Part shown: positions 22,457-31,317 of the stretch, piece by piece | Layout of the letters: each line of letters begins with the position of its first letter | How positions within the stretch are numbered: position 1 is the first letter of the stretch | NCBI GenBank assembly: GCA_963705595.1 | Contig: CAVPKD010000006.1 | Span: 321,781-385,780 of the forward strand | Direction of reading: 5' to 3' | From: Nitrospirota bacterium | GTDB lineage: Bacteria > Nitrospirota > UBA9217 | Length of the DNA: 64,000 bases | Notes under the pieces: generated by a model | Database searches by the model: none | Seen by the model: the letters and a program-made list of their open reading frames with translations, nothing else | What the model was told of the DNA's origin: nothing | Translations under genes and position numbers: made by a program

Positions 22457-23500
22457 GTGAAACATTTCATATCAATTATCATACCCAATTACAACGGCAG
22501 TCAAACAATCGGAAAGTGCCTGGACTCCATCTTTGCAATGAACGATCATGATCGAGAAGCCATCGTCGTTGATGACTGTTCTGATGACAGCTCACTCGAC
22601 ATCATCAAGAAATACCCCTGCAGACTTATTCAGTTGGAGAGACACGCAGGCGCTTCAGCTGCGAGGAATGTAGGAGCATTCAAGAGCAGAGGCGATGTCC
22701 TTTTTTTCATTGATGCAGACTGCCTCCTGCAACAAGACACCCTTGCCATCATTCGGAGGAATCTTTCAGCGTATCCGCCGGATGTGGTGTTTGGCGGCAC
22801 CTACACGCCCATGCCGCACGATCCCGTCTTCTTCAGTCACTTTCAATCTGCTTTTATCAATTACTTTGAGACGAAAAACAGCGGCAACCCTGATTACCTC
22901 GCCACGCATGCCCTAGTTATTCACACCGAAACCTTCAGGAAGCTTGGTGGATTTACGGAAAACTTTCTGCCTATTCTCGAAGATGTCGAGTTCTGTCACC
23001 GTCTGCGCAGGGCCGGCTTTCGGCTCATTATGGACCCTGATCTGCAGGTCCGTCACATATTCAACCTTTCATTTTTGAGGTCGATCCGGAATGCCATCAG
23101 AAAAACACGGTACTGGATCGTGTATTCCCTGTCGAACAAGGATCTCTTTACCGATTCGGGAACGGCATCGAGAGAAATCAAGATCAATGGTGTCACCTGG
23201 CTTGCGACCGTCCTGCTAACACTTCTCTCCCTTGTATCCGGACAACGAGGATTTCTGATGCCCTTGCCCCTTCTGTGGGCAGCCGGCATTTTTGTCAGCA
23301 GATATTTATTTAAAGCATTGTATAAATCAGGCGGTGTTTTATTCGCCGTTATGTCGGGGATGTATTATATGATGGTATATCCTGCGGCTGTTTGGATCGG
23401 GGTATTTAGGGGGGGTATCCAATATCTGACCCGGAAGAAGAGGCAACCGGATGAGGGCGATCCGTGCCGGTTGACCTCATCAGGATCAATGAAGGAATAG
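22457..23500 (+). CDS. Family 2 glycosyltransferase with C-terminal TM helices
   Basis: ISIIIPNYNGSQTIGKCLDS, VVDDCSDDSS, FIDADC (DXD), ILEDVEFCHRL. Confidence 0.8.
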   Translation: MKHFISIIIPNYNGSQTIGKCLDSIFAMNDHDREAIVVDDCSDDSSLDIIKKYPCRLIQLERHAGASAARNVGAFKSRGDVLFFIDADCLLQQDTLAIIRRNLSAYPPDVVFGGTYTPMPHDPVFFSHFQSAFINYFETKNSGNPDYLATHALVIHTETFRKLGGFTENFLPILEDVEFCHRLRRAGFRLIMDPDLQVRHIFNLSFLRSIRNAIRKTRYWIVYSLSNKDLFTDSGTASREIKINGVTWLATVLLTLLSLVSGQRGFLMPLPLLWAAGIFVSRYLFKALYKSGGVLFAVMSGMYYMMVYPAAVWIGVFRGGIQYLTRKKRQPDEGDPCRLTSSGSMKE

Positions 23501-23505
23501 ACGCT

Positions 23506-24594
23506 ATGTACTCGCCATTCAGATATATAAGGGACATAGTCTGGAAGGGAAGGCCGATTCATCTTACGTTCTTTGTGACCAGACGATGTAATTCCAAATG
23601 TCCCTTCTGTTTCTACCTCAGGTCGGATGATATTCCCGGCGAAACCCGGCCCGAGCTGTCGTTGGAAGAGATCGAGAAGATTTCCTCTTCTCTGGGCAGT
23701 CTCCTGTGGCTTGCGTTTTCCGGCGGGGAGATCTTTCTGAGAGACGATCTCGTCGAGATCGCCAGAACCTTTTACCGGAATAACAAGCCGATGATCATGC
23801 TTTTCCCTACGAACGGACTGCTGCCTGACGTGATCCGTGACAGGATCGCGATGATTGTGCGGTCCTGTCCGCAGAGCGTCGTGGCGCTCAAGCTGACTGT
23901 TGACGGTCTGGGCGAGGCGCATGATGCGCTCCGCGATACGCCGGGAAGCTTTGACAAGACCCTGCAGACGTACCAGGCTGTTGCCGATCTGATAGACAGG
24001 TATCCGAATTTCGAGCTCGGAGTGAACACGGTATTCTGTTCAGAAAATCAGAACGCCATGGACGGGATCATCGACTATGTGCGGGGATTGCCGTATATCA
24101 AAACGCACACGATATCTCTTGTCCGGGGCAGCCTTGCAGATAAACGATACGGTAACGTGGATGCTCATAAATATTTTGATGCCGTGCGAACGCTTGAACA
24201 GAATTTAAAAGAAGGGAAGTCTCCTGTTTATCGTTTCAGGGGAGCGCGCATCAAGGCGGCACAGGATATTCTCCAGCGCCGTCTCATCCACCAGACGATG
24301 AGCGAGCACAAAAGGATTATCCCCTGTTACGCCGGCAGGCTCAATCTGGTTCTCACGGAAGGGGGCGATGTTTTTCCCTGCGAACTGCTCACGGAATCAT
24401 TTGGGAATGTACGGGATTTTGGATACAACATGGGGAAGATTGTCCGTTCGGAGAGATCACGCAGGGTAAATATTTCGATAAGGAACAACGAGTGCTACTG
24501 CACACACGAATGTTATTTCATGACCAATATCTTGTTTAACATTCATATGTATCCCGCCTTGATGAAGGAATACCTGCACCTCTGGCCCAAATGA
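23506..24594 (+). CDS. Radical SAM protein with a Cys-rich (SPASM/twitch-like) C-terminus
   Basis: RRCNSKCPFCFY (CX3CX2C); C-terminal CYAG...FPCE...NNECYCTHECYF; ATG 23506 preferred. Confidence 0.8.
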   Translation: MYSPFRYIRDIVWKGRPIHLTFFVTRRCNSKCPFCFYLRSDDIPGETRPELSLEEIEKISSSLGSLLWLAFSGGEIFLRDDLVEIARTFYRNNKPMIMLFPTNGLLPDVIRDRIAMIVRSCPQSVVALKLTVDGLGEAHDALRDTPGSFDKTLQTYQAVADLIDRYPNFELGVNTVFCSENQNAMDGIIDYVRGLPYIKTHTISLVRGSLADKRYGNVDAHKYFDAVRTLEQNLKEGKSPVYRFRGARIKAAQDILQRRLIHQTMSEHKRIIPCYAGRLNLVLTEGGDVFPCELLTESFGNVRDFGYNMGKIVRSERSRRVNISIRNNECYCTHECYFMTNILFNIHMYPALMKEYLHLWPK

Positions 24595-24766
24595 CAGCGT
24601 CACATACCGGTAATGTCCGGTCATACTGCTTTTCAAAAACGATATACGCGTGAAAACGGCGCGAATATATACGCCTAATGGCTTTAGAACGGCTTATGAC
24701 CGTGCAAGTATTTTGTGATCATCCATGCAATGCCGAGCATGGGGGAAAAGTATATTTATACTGTAG

Positions 24767-26113
24767 TTATTCTACTCCGAGTTCTTTCAGTCTTTTCCAC
24801 AGAGTGACCCTGCTGATGCCGAGATGTTTTGCCGTAAGGGTCCGGTTTCCTTTGTGCAGGGTCAGCGCCGAGCGCAGCTTTTCCCGGTCCATAATCTGTC
24901 CATTCCCTTCTGCCTTTTTCTCCTCGAAGACATATTCAGGCAGGTCTGTGACTTCGACGGTGTCTCCTTTGCAAGTGATAGCGCTATGCTCCAGGGTGTT
25001 GATCAACTGTCTAACGTTTCCTGGCCACCGGTAGTTTTCGATGATATCCAATGCTTCAGGGCTTATTCTCCGGATATCCTTATTGTTAATATGGGAGATC
25101 TTCTTCAAATAGTGGAACGTGATGGCGGGGATATCTTCAGCCCGGTCCCGCAGAGGCGGAACCCTGATTAAAATGGAGTTAATGCGGTACAGGAGGTCTT
25201 CCCGGAAGATGTCCGAATTGACGAGGGCGTTCAGGTCCTTATTCGTGGCGGAGATCAGCCGGATGTTGACGGAGATCGGATTGTGATCTCCCACGCGTTC
25301 CACCACTTTTTCTTCGATGACCCGTAGTAGTTTCACCTGCATGACCTTTGGCATGTCGCCAATCTCATCGAGGAAGATACTGCCGTTATGAGCAGCCTCG
25401 AACCTGCCCATCCGGTCGCTCATGGCGCCTGTGAAGGAGCCTTTCTTGTGACCGAAGAGCTCACTCTCGAGAAGATAATCGTTGAGCGACCCGCAGTTCA
25501 TCGCGACGAACGGGCCCTCTTTGCGCCTGCTGAGGGTGTGGATGGCCTGGGCCACGAGGTTCTTGCCGGTACCGCTTTCGCCGCAGATAAGCACAGGCGC
25601 TTCACTCACGGAAGCGTTCCGGATCTGCTCGAACAGAGTCTGCATAGGGGCGCTCTTCCCGAGCAGACCCTTGAACCAGTATTCCTGCCGCAGTTCCTGC
25701 TTCAACTCTTCGAGCTCCATCTCCTTCATATACAGCGATGTGATATCCGTCATAGACTCTACGGCACCGATCATTTCGCCGTTCTCGTCCTTAAGGACCG
25801 TAGCGTTCTTTAAGAGATAGACGGCCCTCCCATCGCTGGACCTTATGCGGCATTTCTTGTTTTCGATCGCGCCCATCTTGAATATGCCGCAGTCTTTTTT
25901 CCTCCCCTCGTCGGTTAAGAAGACACAGGTGTCGCTGTCGAGGATCGTGCACTGTTGCCCAATGACATCTTCTTTGCGATATCCGGTAATATTTTCCGCA
26001 GCTCGGTTGAAGAAGAGAATATTCCCGTCTTTATCGACGATCATGAGTCCGTCTCGCATGGTTTCGAAAACGTTCATAAGAAAGTGAGGTTCTTTGCATA
26101 ATTTTTCAATCAT
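24767..26113 (-). CDS. Sigma54-dependent transcriptional activator (PAS - AAA+ - Fis HTH, no receiver domain)
   Basis: GESGTGKN Walker A, GSFTGA (GAFTGA variant), FLDEIGDM, RWPGNVRQL, C-terminal LGISRVTLWKRLKELG; the PAS domain carries 4 Cys. Confidence 0.9.
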   Translation of the reverse strand: MIEKLCKEPHFLMNVFETMRDGLMIVDKDGNILFFNRAAENITGYRKEDVIGQQCTILDSDTCVFLTDEGRKKDCGIFKMGAIENKKCRIRSSDGRAVYLLKNATVLKDENGEMIGAVESMTDITSLYMKEMELEELKQELRQEYWFKGLLGKSAPMQTLFEQIRNASVSEAPVLICGESGTGKNLVAQAIHTLSRRKEGPFVAMNCGSLNDYLLESELFGHKKGSFTGAMSDRMGRFEAAHNGSIFLDEIGDMPKVMQVKLLRVIEEKVVERVGDHNPISVNIRLISATNKDLNALVNSDIFREDLLYRINSILIRVPPLRDRAEDIPAITFHYLKKISHINNKDIRRISPEALDIIENYRWPGNVRQLINTLEHSAITCKGDTVEVTDLPEYVFEEKKAEGNGQIMDREKLRSALTLHKGNRTLTAKHLGISRVTLWKRLKELGVE

Positions 26114-26145
26114 GGGTCATCCTTTGTTGTTAAAAAATGAAACAT

Positions 26146-26199
26146 GTTAATTAGCATCTTGTTAATTGTTAATTAAACACGTTTAACGTTAATTAGCAT
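26146..26199. promoter_or_regulatory. Candidate enhancer (UAS): two exact GTTAATTAGCAT copies 42 bp apart with GTTAATTGTTAATTAA between them
   Basis: 12-mers at 26146-26157 and 26188-26199; a related TTAATTATTAATTAGCA at 26935-26951 upstream of the second USP gene. Confidence 0.45.
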
Positions 26200-26280
26200 T
26201 TTAACATAAATTTGTCAATATAAAATTATAATGATTTTGAAACACATTGAAATATTATAAAATAGGTTCTAATATAAATC

Positions 26281-26296
26281 AGGCATGATACTTGCT
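26281..26296 (+). promoter_or_regulatory. Sigma54 promoter (-24 GG / -12 GC) for the USP-USP-USP-YeeE operon
   Basis: AGGCATGATACTTGCT versus TGGCACG-N4-TTGCW; GG at 26282-83, TTGC at 26292-95, exact spacing; about 50 nt upstream of ATG 26348. Confidence 0.65.
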
Positions 26297-26347
26297 ATAA
26301 TTAACGTGTATTAGGAACATATAAAATGTTTGCAGGAGGAATGATGC

Positions 26348-26932
26348 ATGAAAAAGATCCTGATAGCAGTAGATGATACAAAGGGATCAAAGAACGTACT
26401 ATCGGTCTTTCATAATTTTGTCCAGAAGCCGGCTGAGGTGGTTCTTCTTCACGTAGAAAGGCTGCAGGGCCGGTCTCTGATGATTGACATGCTTGGCGAC
26501 GCGGAAATGTCGACCCTGAAGGAAATGATGAACGGCACTGATCATAAAGCCACGTTGGACAAGAGGGCGGAGCAGATCCTGGCATTTTACTCGAAAGAGC
26601 TGGTACAGGACGGTCTGGGAACGCTCAAGACCGTGAGAAGGGATGGCGTTCCTTCTGAAGAAATCCTCAGGGTGGCTGGGGAAGAAGGCGCCGATATGAT
26701 CATTCTCGGCCAGAGCGGTAAAAGAGGGTTCGACAGGTTCATTACAGGAAAAGTCGCCCAATACGTAGAAGCCAATGCGAAGGTGCCGGTGCTGGTGGCA
26801 AAAAGACCGCTTATGTGTGAAGAACCGTTTACCAAAAGGGATGCCTGGGCCGCTGTTTCCGTTACTACGGCAATCATGCTCGCACTGTTCATTCTGGGCG
26901 TCATTCTCCAAAGAGGGATGATTATTCACTAG
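26348..26932 (+). CDS. Universal stress protein (UspA family) with a C-terminal TM anchor
   Basis: MKKILIAVDDTKGSKNVL...GADMIILGQSGKRGFDRFITGKVAQYV...VPVLV, then AAVSVTTAIMLALFILGVIL. Confidence 0.85.
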   Translation: MKKILIAVDDTKGSKNVLSVFHNFVQKPAEVVLLHVERLQGRSLMIDMLGDAEMSTLKEMMNGTDHKATLDKRAEQILAFYSKELVQDGLGTLKTVRRDGVPSEEILRVAGEEGADMIILGQSGKRGFDRFITGKVAQYVEANAKVPVLVAKRPLMCEEPFTKRDAWAAVSVTTAIMLALFILGVILQRGMIIH

Positions 26933-27030
26933 CGTTAATTATTAATTAGCAGATGCCATATGTAACCACGGAGTTGAAGCCAGGTAACTTTAGGAACAAA
27001 CAAGATAACAAAAAATAATGAGGAGGAAAT

Positions 27031-27549
27031 ATGAAGAAGGTATTGATCGCTGTAGATGAAACAGAAGGTTCAAAAGCCGTATTGTCGGTGTTCCGTAATA
27101 TGGTACGTCCGCCGGAAAGCGTGGTGCTGGTCCATGTGCAGCAGCTCGAGGGCAAGTCCCTCATGATCGACATGCTTGGGGACGCAGAGCTGAACACGCT
27201 CCGGGAGTCCCTGAAGGGCACACCGTATAAAGAGGCATTGGACCGGAAGTCGGAAAAGATCCTGAACTATTATCGGAAGGAAATTGAGAATGGCGGCTTG
27301 GTCAGCGTGAAGACCGTGGTCAGGGATGGAATCACCTCTGAGGAGATATTGAAGGTCGCCCAGGAAGAAGGTGTTGACCTTATTGTTACGGGGTACAATG
27401 GGAAGACCTTCATGCAGAGGCTTGTCACCGGCTCTATCAGCAAAGATATGGAGAAGAATGCACCGGTGCCCGTCCTCGTTGCGAAGGACCCCACGGAAGA
27501 AGAGAAGTATGCCTGGACCGCGGCCATGAGATTGAAGGCAAGCAATTAA
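27031..27549 (+). CDS. Universal stress protein, paralog 2
   Basis: MKKVLIAVDETEGSKAVL..., collinear with the gene at 26348; GAGGAGG RBS. Confidence 0.85.
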   Translation: MKKVLIAVDETEGSKAVLSVFRNMVRPPESVVLVHVQQLEGKSLMIDMLGDAELNTLRESLKGTPYKEALDRKSEKILNYYRKEIENGGLVSVKTVVRDGITSEEILKVAQEEGVDLIVTGYNGKTFMQRLVTGSISKDMEKNAPVPVLVAKDPTEEEKYAWTAAMRLKASN

Positions 27550-27596
27550 GCAGTCTGCTGAAAACGTCCAGAAAACACGGTGAACGTAATTTTGAG

Positions 27597-27642
27597 CGAA
27601 GCGAAGGACCTCGGTTTTTCATAGAGGCGGTCCTTCGCTTCG
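27597..27642 (+). repeat. Intercistronic 14-bp perfect hairpin (CGAAGCGAAGGACC / GGTCCTTCGCTTCG)
   Basis: 27597-27610 pairs with 27629-27642; lies between USP2 and USP3. Confidence 0.6.
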
Positions 27643-27748
27643 TTTGTGTGGTGCGAAAAATAATTTATCAGATCCTGCGAGGGTTTCAGTGCCCTGGAGA
27701 ACGGGGCTTGAAATATCAGGGGTTAATAATACCATACAGGAGGGGGAT

Positions 27749-28264
27749 ATGAGGAAGGTGCTAATGGCGGTAGACGAGACAGCAGGTTCAAAATCCGTAC
27801 TGTTCGTCTACAAAACCATGGTCCGGGAACCGGAAAGCGTGATCCTAGTCCATGTGCAGCGGCTTGAGGGAAAGTCGATGATGATCGATATGCTCAGTGA
27901 GTCGGAGTTGAAGACCCTGAAGGAGTCGATACAGGGCACGGAGCACAAAGAGGAGCTTGACCGGAAGTCAGAAAAGATCATGAGCTTCTACAAGAAGGAA
28001 CTTGGGAACGGCAGTTCGGTCAAGGTGAAGGCCCTCATAAAGGAAGGTATCCCCTCGGTGGAGATCCTGAAGGTCGCCCGGGAAGAGAAGGTCGATCTTA
28101 TCATCATGGGCTGCAACGGCAAGACCTGGCCCCAGCGGCTCGTTACCGGATGCGTCACCAAAGAAGTGGAACGAGCTGCAACAGTGCCCGTACTTGTCGC
28201 AAAGACGGCCGGGCGTGAAAAATCTATTGAGCACGGCTGGAGGGAAGCTTATGCTGCACAGTAG
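27749..28264 (+). CDS. Universal stress protein, paralog 3
   Basis: MRKVLMAVDETAGSKSVL...; AGGAGGGGG RBS at 27738-46; the track start at 27644 is unlikely. Confidence 0.85.
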   Translation: MRKVLMAVDETAGSKSVLFVYKTMVREPESVILVHVQRLEGKSMMIDMLSESELKTLKESIQGTEHKEELDRKSEKIMSFYKKELGNGSSVKVKALIKEGIPSVEILKVAREEKVDLIIMGCNGKTWPQRLVTGCVTKEVERAATVPVLVAKTAGREKSIEHGWREAYAAQ

Positions 28265-29350
28265 CGTTATTTCTTTTGGGACCGCGATCTTGGCCGGTCT
28301 CGCGCTTGGTTACATTCTGCAGAAAGGCCGTTTCTGTCTGAACTCGGCGTTCCGGGACATCATCTTCATAAAGGACCTTACGCTCTTCCGGTCATATCTG
28401 CTGGCGCTCGTTGTGGCGATCATCGGATCCAATCTGATGGAAGATTTGGGGCTCCTTCAGGTGATTAATGCCGATACCGGCGCCCTGGAGGCAACATCGC
28501 TCATGCGCCAGAGCTTTGTACCTGTTGCGAACGTCCTCGGCGGCTTTCTGTTCGGTCTCGGGATCGTTCTTGCCGGCGGGTGCGCGAGCGGTATCGTGTA
28601 CCGTATCGGCGAGGGCCAGCTGTCCGCCATGGTCGCGATCCTCGGCTTTTTCTTCGGCGCCGTGATGACCGCCGACGGGCTGCTGAGCCCGGTGAATAAT
28701 TTTCTCAAGGGCTTCCGTGTTGAGATCAACGGGTCAGCGAGCCCTGCTATCTGGGACATCTTCGGCGGAGGACCGGTGGTGAAATGGATCACCATTGCGA
28801 TTTTTGCTGTCGGAGTGTTAAGCTTTGTTATCGCCGGTAAGCCGGAGTTCAAGTCCAAATCAAAGGGCTTTGCATGGGGCACCACCGGTCTTCTGATCGG
28901 CGGTCTTGACTATTGCCTCGTGGTGGGTGTCATCCTATTTCGGCGGTGCTCCGCGCGGCATGGCCATCAGCGGGCCGGTCAGAGAATTCTTCTACGTTCT
29001 TCTTACCAAGAGCACGCACTCAAGCTTTCCTGAGTTCAGCTTCCTGGGTATCTTCCGCGGATCATGGGGCATGTTCTTCATCCTTTCCGTGCCCTTCGGG
29101 GCATGGCTCAGTGCCCTCTGCACTCAAGGAATTCAGGTGGAAGATCCCCCCGGCAGCGGAGTTCCTTACGGTGTTCTTCGGAAGCATCCTGATGGGAATC
29201 GGCGCGGTCATCGCCGGCGGCTGCAACATCGGCCACGGCCTTACCGGCATGTCCGCGATGGCCGTTTCCAGCCTCGTGGCTATCACCGCCATCATCCTCG
29301 GCAACTGGACGATGGTCTACTTCAAGCTGATCAGACCCATGCAGGATTAA
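28251..29350 (+). pseudogene. YeeE/YedE-family sulfur-compound (thiosulfate-type) permease; two +1 disruptions (about 28905 and 29125)
   Basis: QKGRFCLNSAF, LAGGCASGIVYRIGEG and IAGGCNIGHGLTG motifs spread over frames 0, 1 and 2; the start overlaps the USP3 stop by 14 nt. Confidence 0.8.
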
Positions 29351-29368
29351 GCTAACGCCCCCTTAAAC

Positions 29369-29408
29369 AAGGACGGCCCCGGCAGTTTTGCGGAGCCGTC
29401 CTTTTTTT
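29369..29408 (+). terminator. Rho-independent terminator after the YeeE gene
   Basis: AAGGACGGC...GCCGTCCTT stem followed by T7 (29401-29407). Confidence 0.7.
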
Positions 29409-29952
29409 GACCGTGCTTCCCTAACTCCTCCTTGCTGGATTGGCAACGTCCCCGTTCTTCACTTGATTATTCTAGAGAACTTCGCCGCTTATTTCGATTG
29501 AATCCAGCTATCTTTTCTGAAAAACCCAGTCATCGATGCTGGTTGATTCCGCTACTGGTGGAGAGACATTGGTTGAGACCGATAAGAAATGAAAACAGTA
29601 CACTTCCACTGTAAATCCTTTATCAAAGAATAATGAATCAGATTCTATGGTCAATGAAAATGGCGCAAAAGAAGAGGTGAGAGATGACGTTCATAGGTGC
29701 CCTTGGGGATCCTATGGCGTCTTAACTTCCTAAAACCATTTTGATAAAATGAAGGGGGGACTAAGGATAATGAAGTTGTTTACGATCCTTAATGTTTTTC
29801 TTAGAATAACAATTCCTCTATTTTTCTTTACCAATGCTTGTCCAAATGCGGGTATCCCTGTAGAATTCTGCACGTTTTTGTCTTGATAATTTCCTTTTCG
29901 GGTGTTATCCTTTTCTATACTCTAAAAGCAATGTGCTGCCAGGTCTACAAAC

Positions 29953-31299
29953 ATGCTGGATAGATTATTAAAAGACCCTCAATTTTTGCCTGAAGTGTTC
30001 GAGACCATGAGGGACGGCCTTATGGTGGTAGATAACAAAGGCCGTATCCTCTTATTCAACCGTGCGGCTGAAGAAATAACCGGGTATCGAAAAGACGAGG
30101 TTATCGGCAAAGAATGTACTATTTTCCAATGTGATACCTGTGTGGTCATAAGCGAATCAGAGGGACGGAGGGACCGTCAACTAGAAAAATTCGGTTCCAT
30201 TTACAATAAGAGATGTCGGATACGGTCGGGGGACGGGAGGTCTGTGCTTCTGCTAAAGAATGCCGTTGTTATACGGGACGACAATGGAGAAATACTCGGT
30301 ACGGTCGAGTCGATGACGGACATTACATCACTCTACAACAAGGAAATGGAACTGCAGGGGCTCAAGGAGGATTTGAGACAGGACTACTGGTTCATGGGGT
30401 TACTGGGGAAGAGCATACCCATGCAGAGATTGTACGAGCACATTCGGAATGCCGCCGTAAGCGAAGCCCCTGTCCTGATAATCGGAGAAAGCGGCTCCGG
30501 CAAAAACCTCGTCGCCCACGCCATACATAAACTCGGTAGACGCAGGGACGGACCATTCATCCAGATGAACTGCGCGTCGCTGAACGAACAGCTACTTGAA
30601 AGCGAGCTCTTCGGCCACAAGAAAGGTTCCTTCACCGGCGCGGTAAGCGACCGCATCGGAAGGTTCGAGGCCGCTCATGACGGTGGGATCTTCCTCGACG
30701 AGATCGGAGATATGCCGATGACGATGCAGGTAAAACTCCTCAGGGTCCTTGAAGAAAAAGTCGTGGAGCGCGTGGGAGACCACAAGCCGATCCCCGTGAA
30801 CATCAGGCTCATTTCAGCCACGAACAAGGACCTCAGCAGCCTGATCCACGCAGGCAAATTCAGGGAAGATCTCCTTTACCGGATAAATTCCATTGTCATC
30901 AACGTCCCTCCGTTACGGGAGCGAAAAGAAGACATCCCGCTTATCGCACTCCACTACCTCAGAAAGATTTCCTCGGTAAATAACAAAGAGATCCGGAGCA
31001 TCAGCCCTTCTGCGATGGAGATTTTAATAGACTTCCCCTGGCCGGGCAATGTGCGGCGGCTCATCAATGCCCTTGAACACAGCGCTGCCACCTGTAAAAG
31101 CGATACCATTGAGGTCTCGGATCTGCCGGACTATCTCGTCTACGAAAAAAAGACAGAGATAAACGAAAATCGTATCGACATCGAGGAGATCCGTTCGACC
31201 CTTTCTTTGTATAAAGGCAATAGAACCCTTGCGGCGAAGCACCTCGGGATCAGCAGGGTCACTCTCTGGAAAAGACTGAAGGCAATCGGCATCGACTAA
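29953..31299 (+). CDS. Sigma54-dependent activator, paralog of 24767-26113 (same 448-aa PAS - AAA+ - HTH layout)
   Basis: Collinear: FETMRDGLMVVD, EVIGKECTIF, GESGSGKN, GSFTGA, PWPGNVRRL, LGISRVTLWKRLKAIG. Confidence 0.9.
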   Translation: MLDRLLKDPQFLPEVFETMRDGLMVVDNKGRILLFNRAAEEITGYRKDEVIGKECTIFQCDTCVVISESEGRRDRQLEKFGSIYNKRCRIRSGDGRSVLLLKNAVVIRDDNGEILGTVESMTDITSLYNKEMELQGLKEDLRQDYWFMGLLGKSIPMQRLYEHIRNAAVSEAPVLIIGESGSGKNLVAHAIHKLGRRRDGPFIQMNCASLNEQLLESELFGHKKGSFTGAVSDRIGRFEAAHDGGIFLDEIGDMPMTMQVKLLRVLEEKVVERVGDHKPIPVNIRLISATNKDLSSLIHAGKFREDLLYRINSIVINVPPLRERKEDIPLIALHYLRKISSVNNKEIRSISPSAMEILIDFPWPGNVRRLINALEHSAATCKSDTIEVSDLPDYLVYEKKTEINENRIDIEEIRSTLSLYKGNRTLAAKHLGISRVTLWKRLKAIGID

Positions 31300-31317
31300 G
31301 GAAGATGAGAAGATGAC

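Noticed and set aside
29770-29886. 38-codon hydrophobic ORF (MKLFTILNVFLRITIPLFFFTNACPNAGIPVEFCTFLS) with an AAGGA three nt before the ATG, in the 600-bp spacer upstream of the second activator
   Set aside because: The RBS spacing is too short, there is no paralog or recognisable motif, and AT-rich sequence generates such ORFs easily. Kept only as a note.
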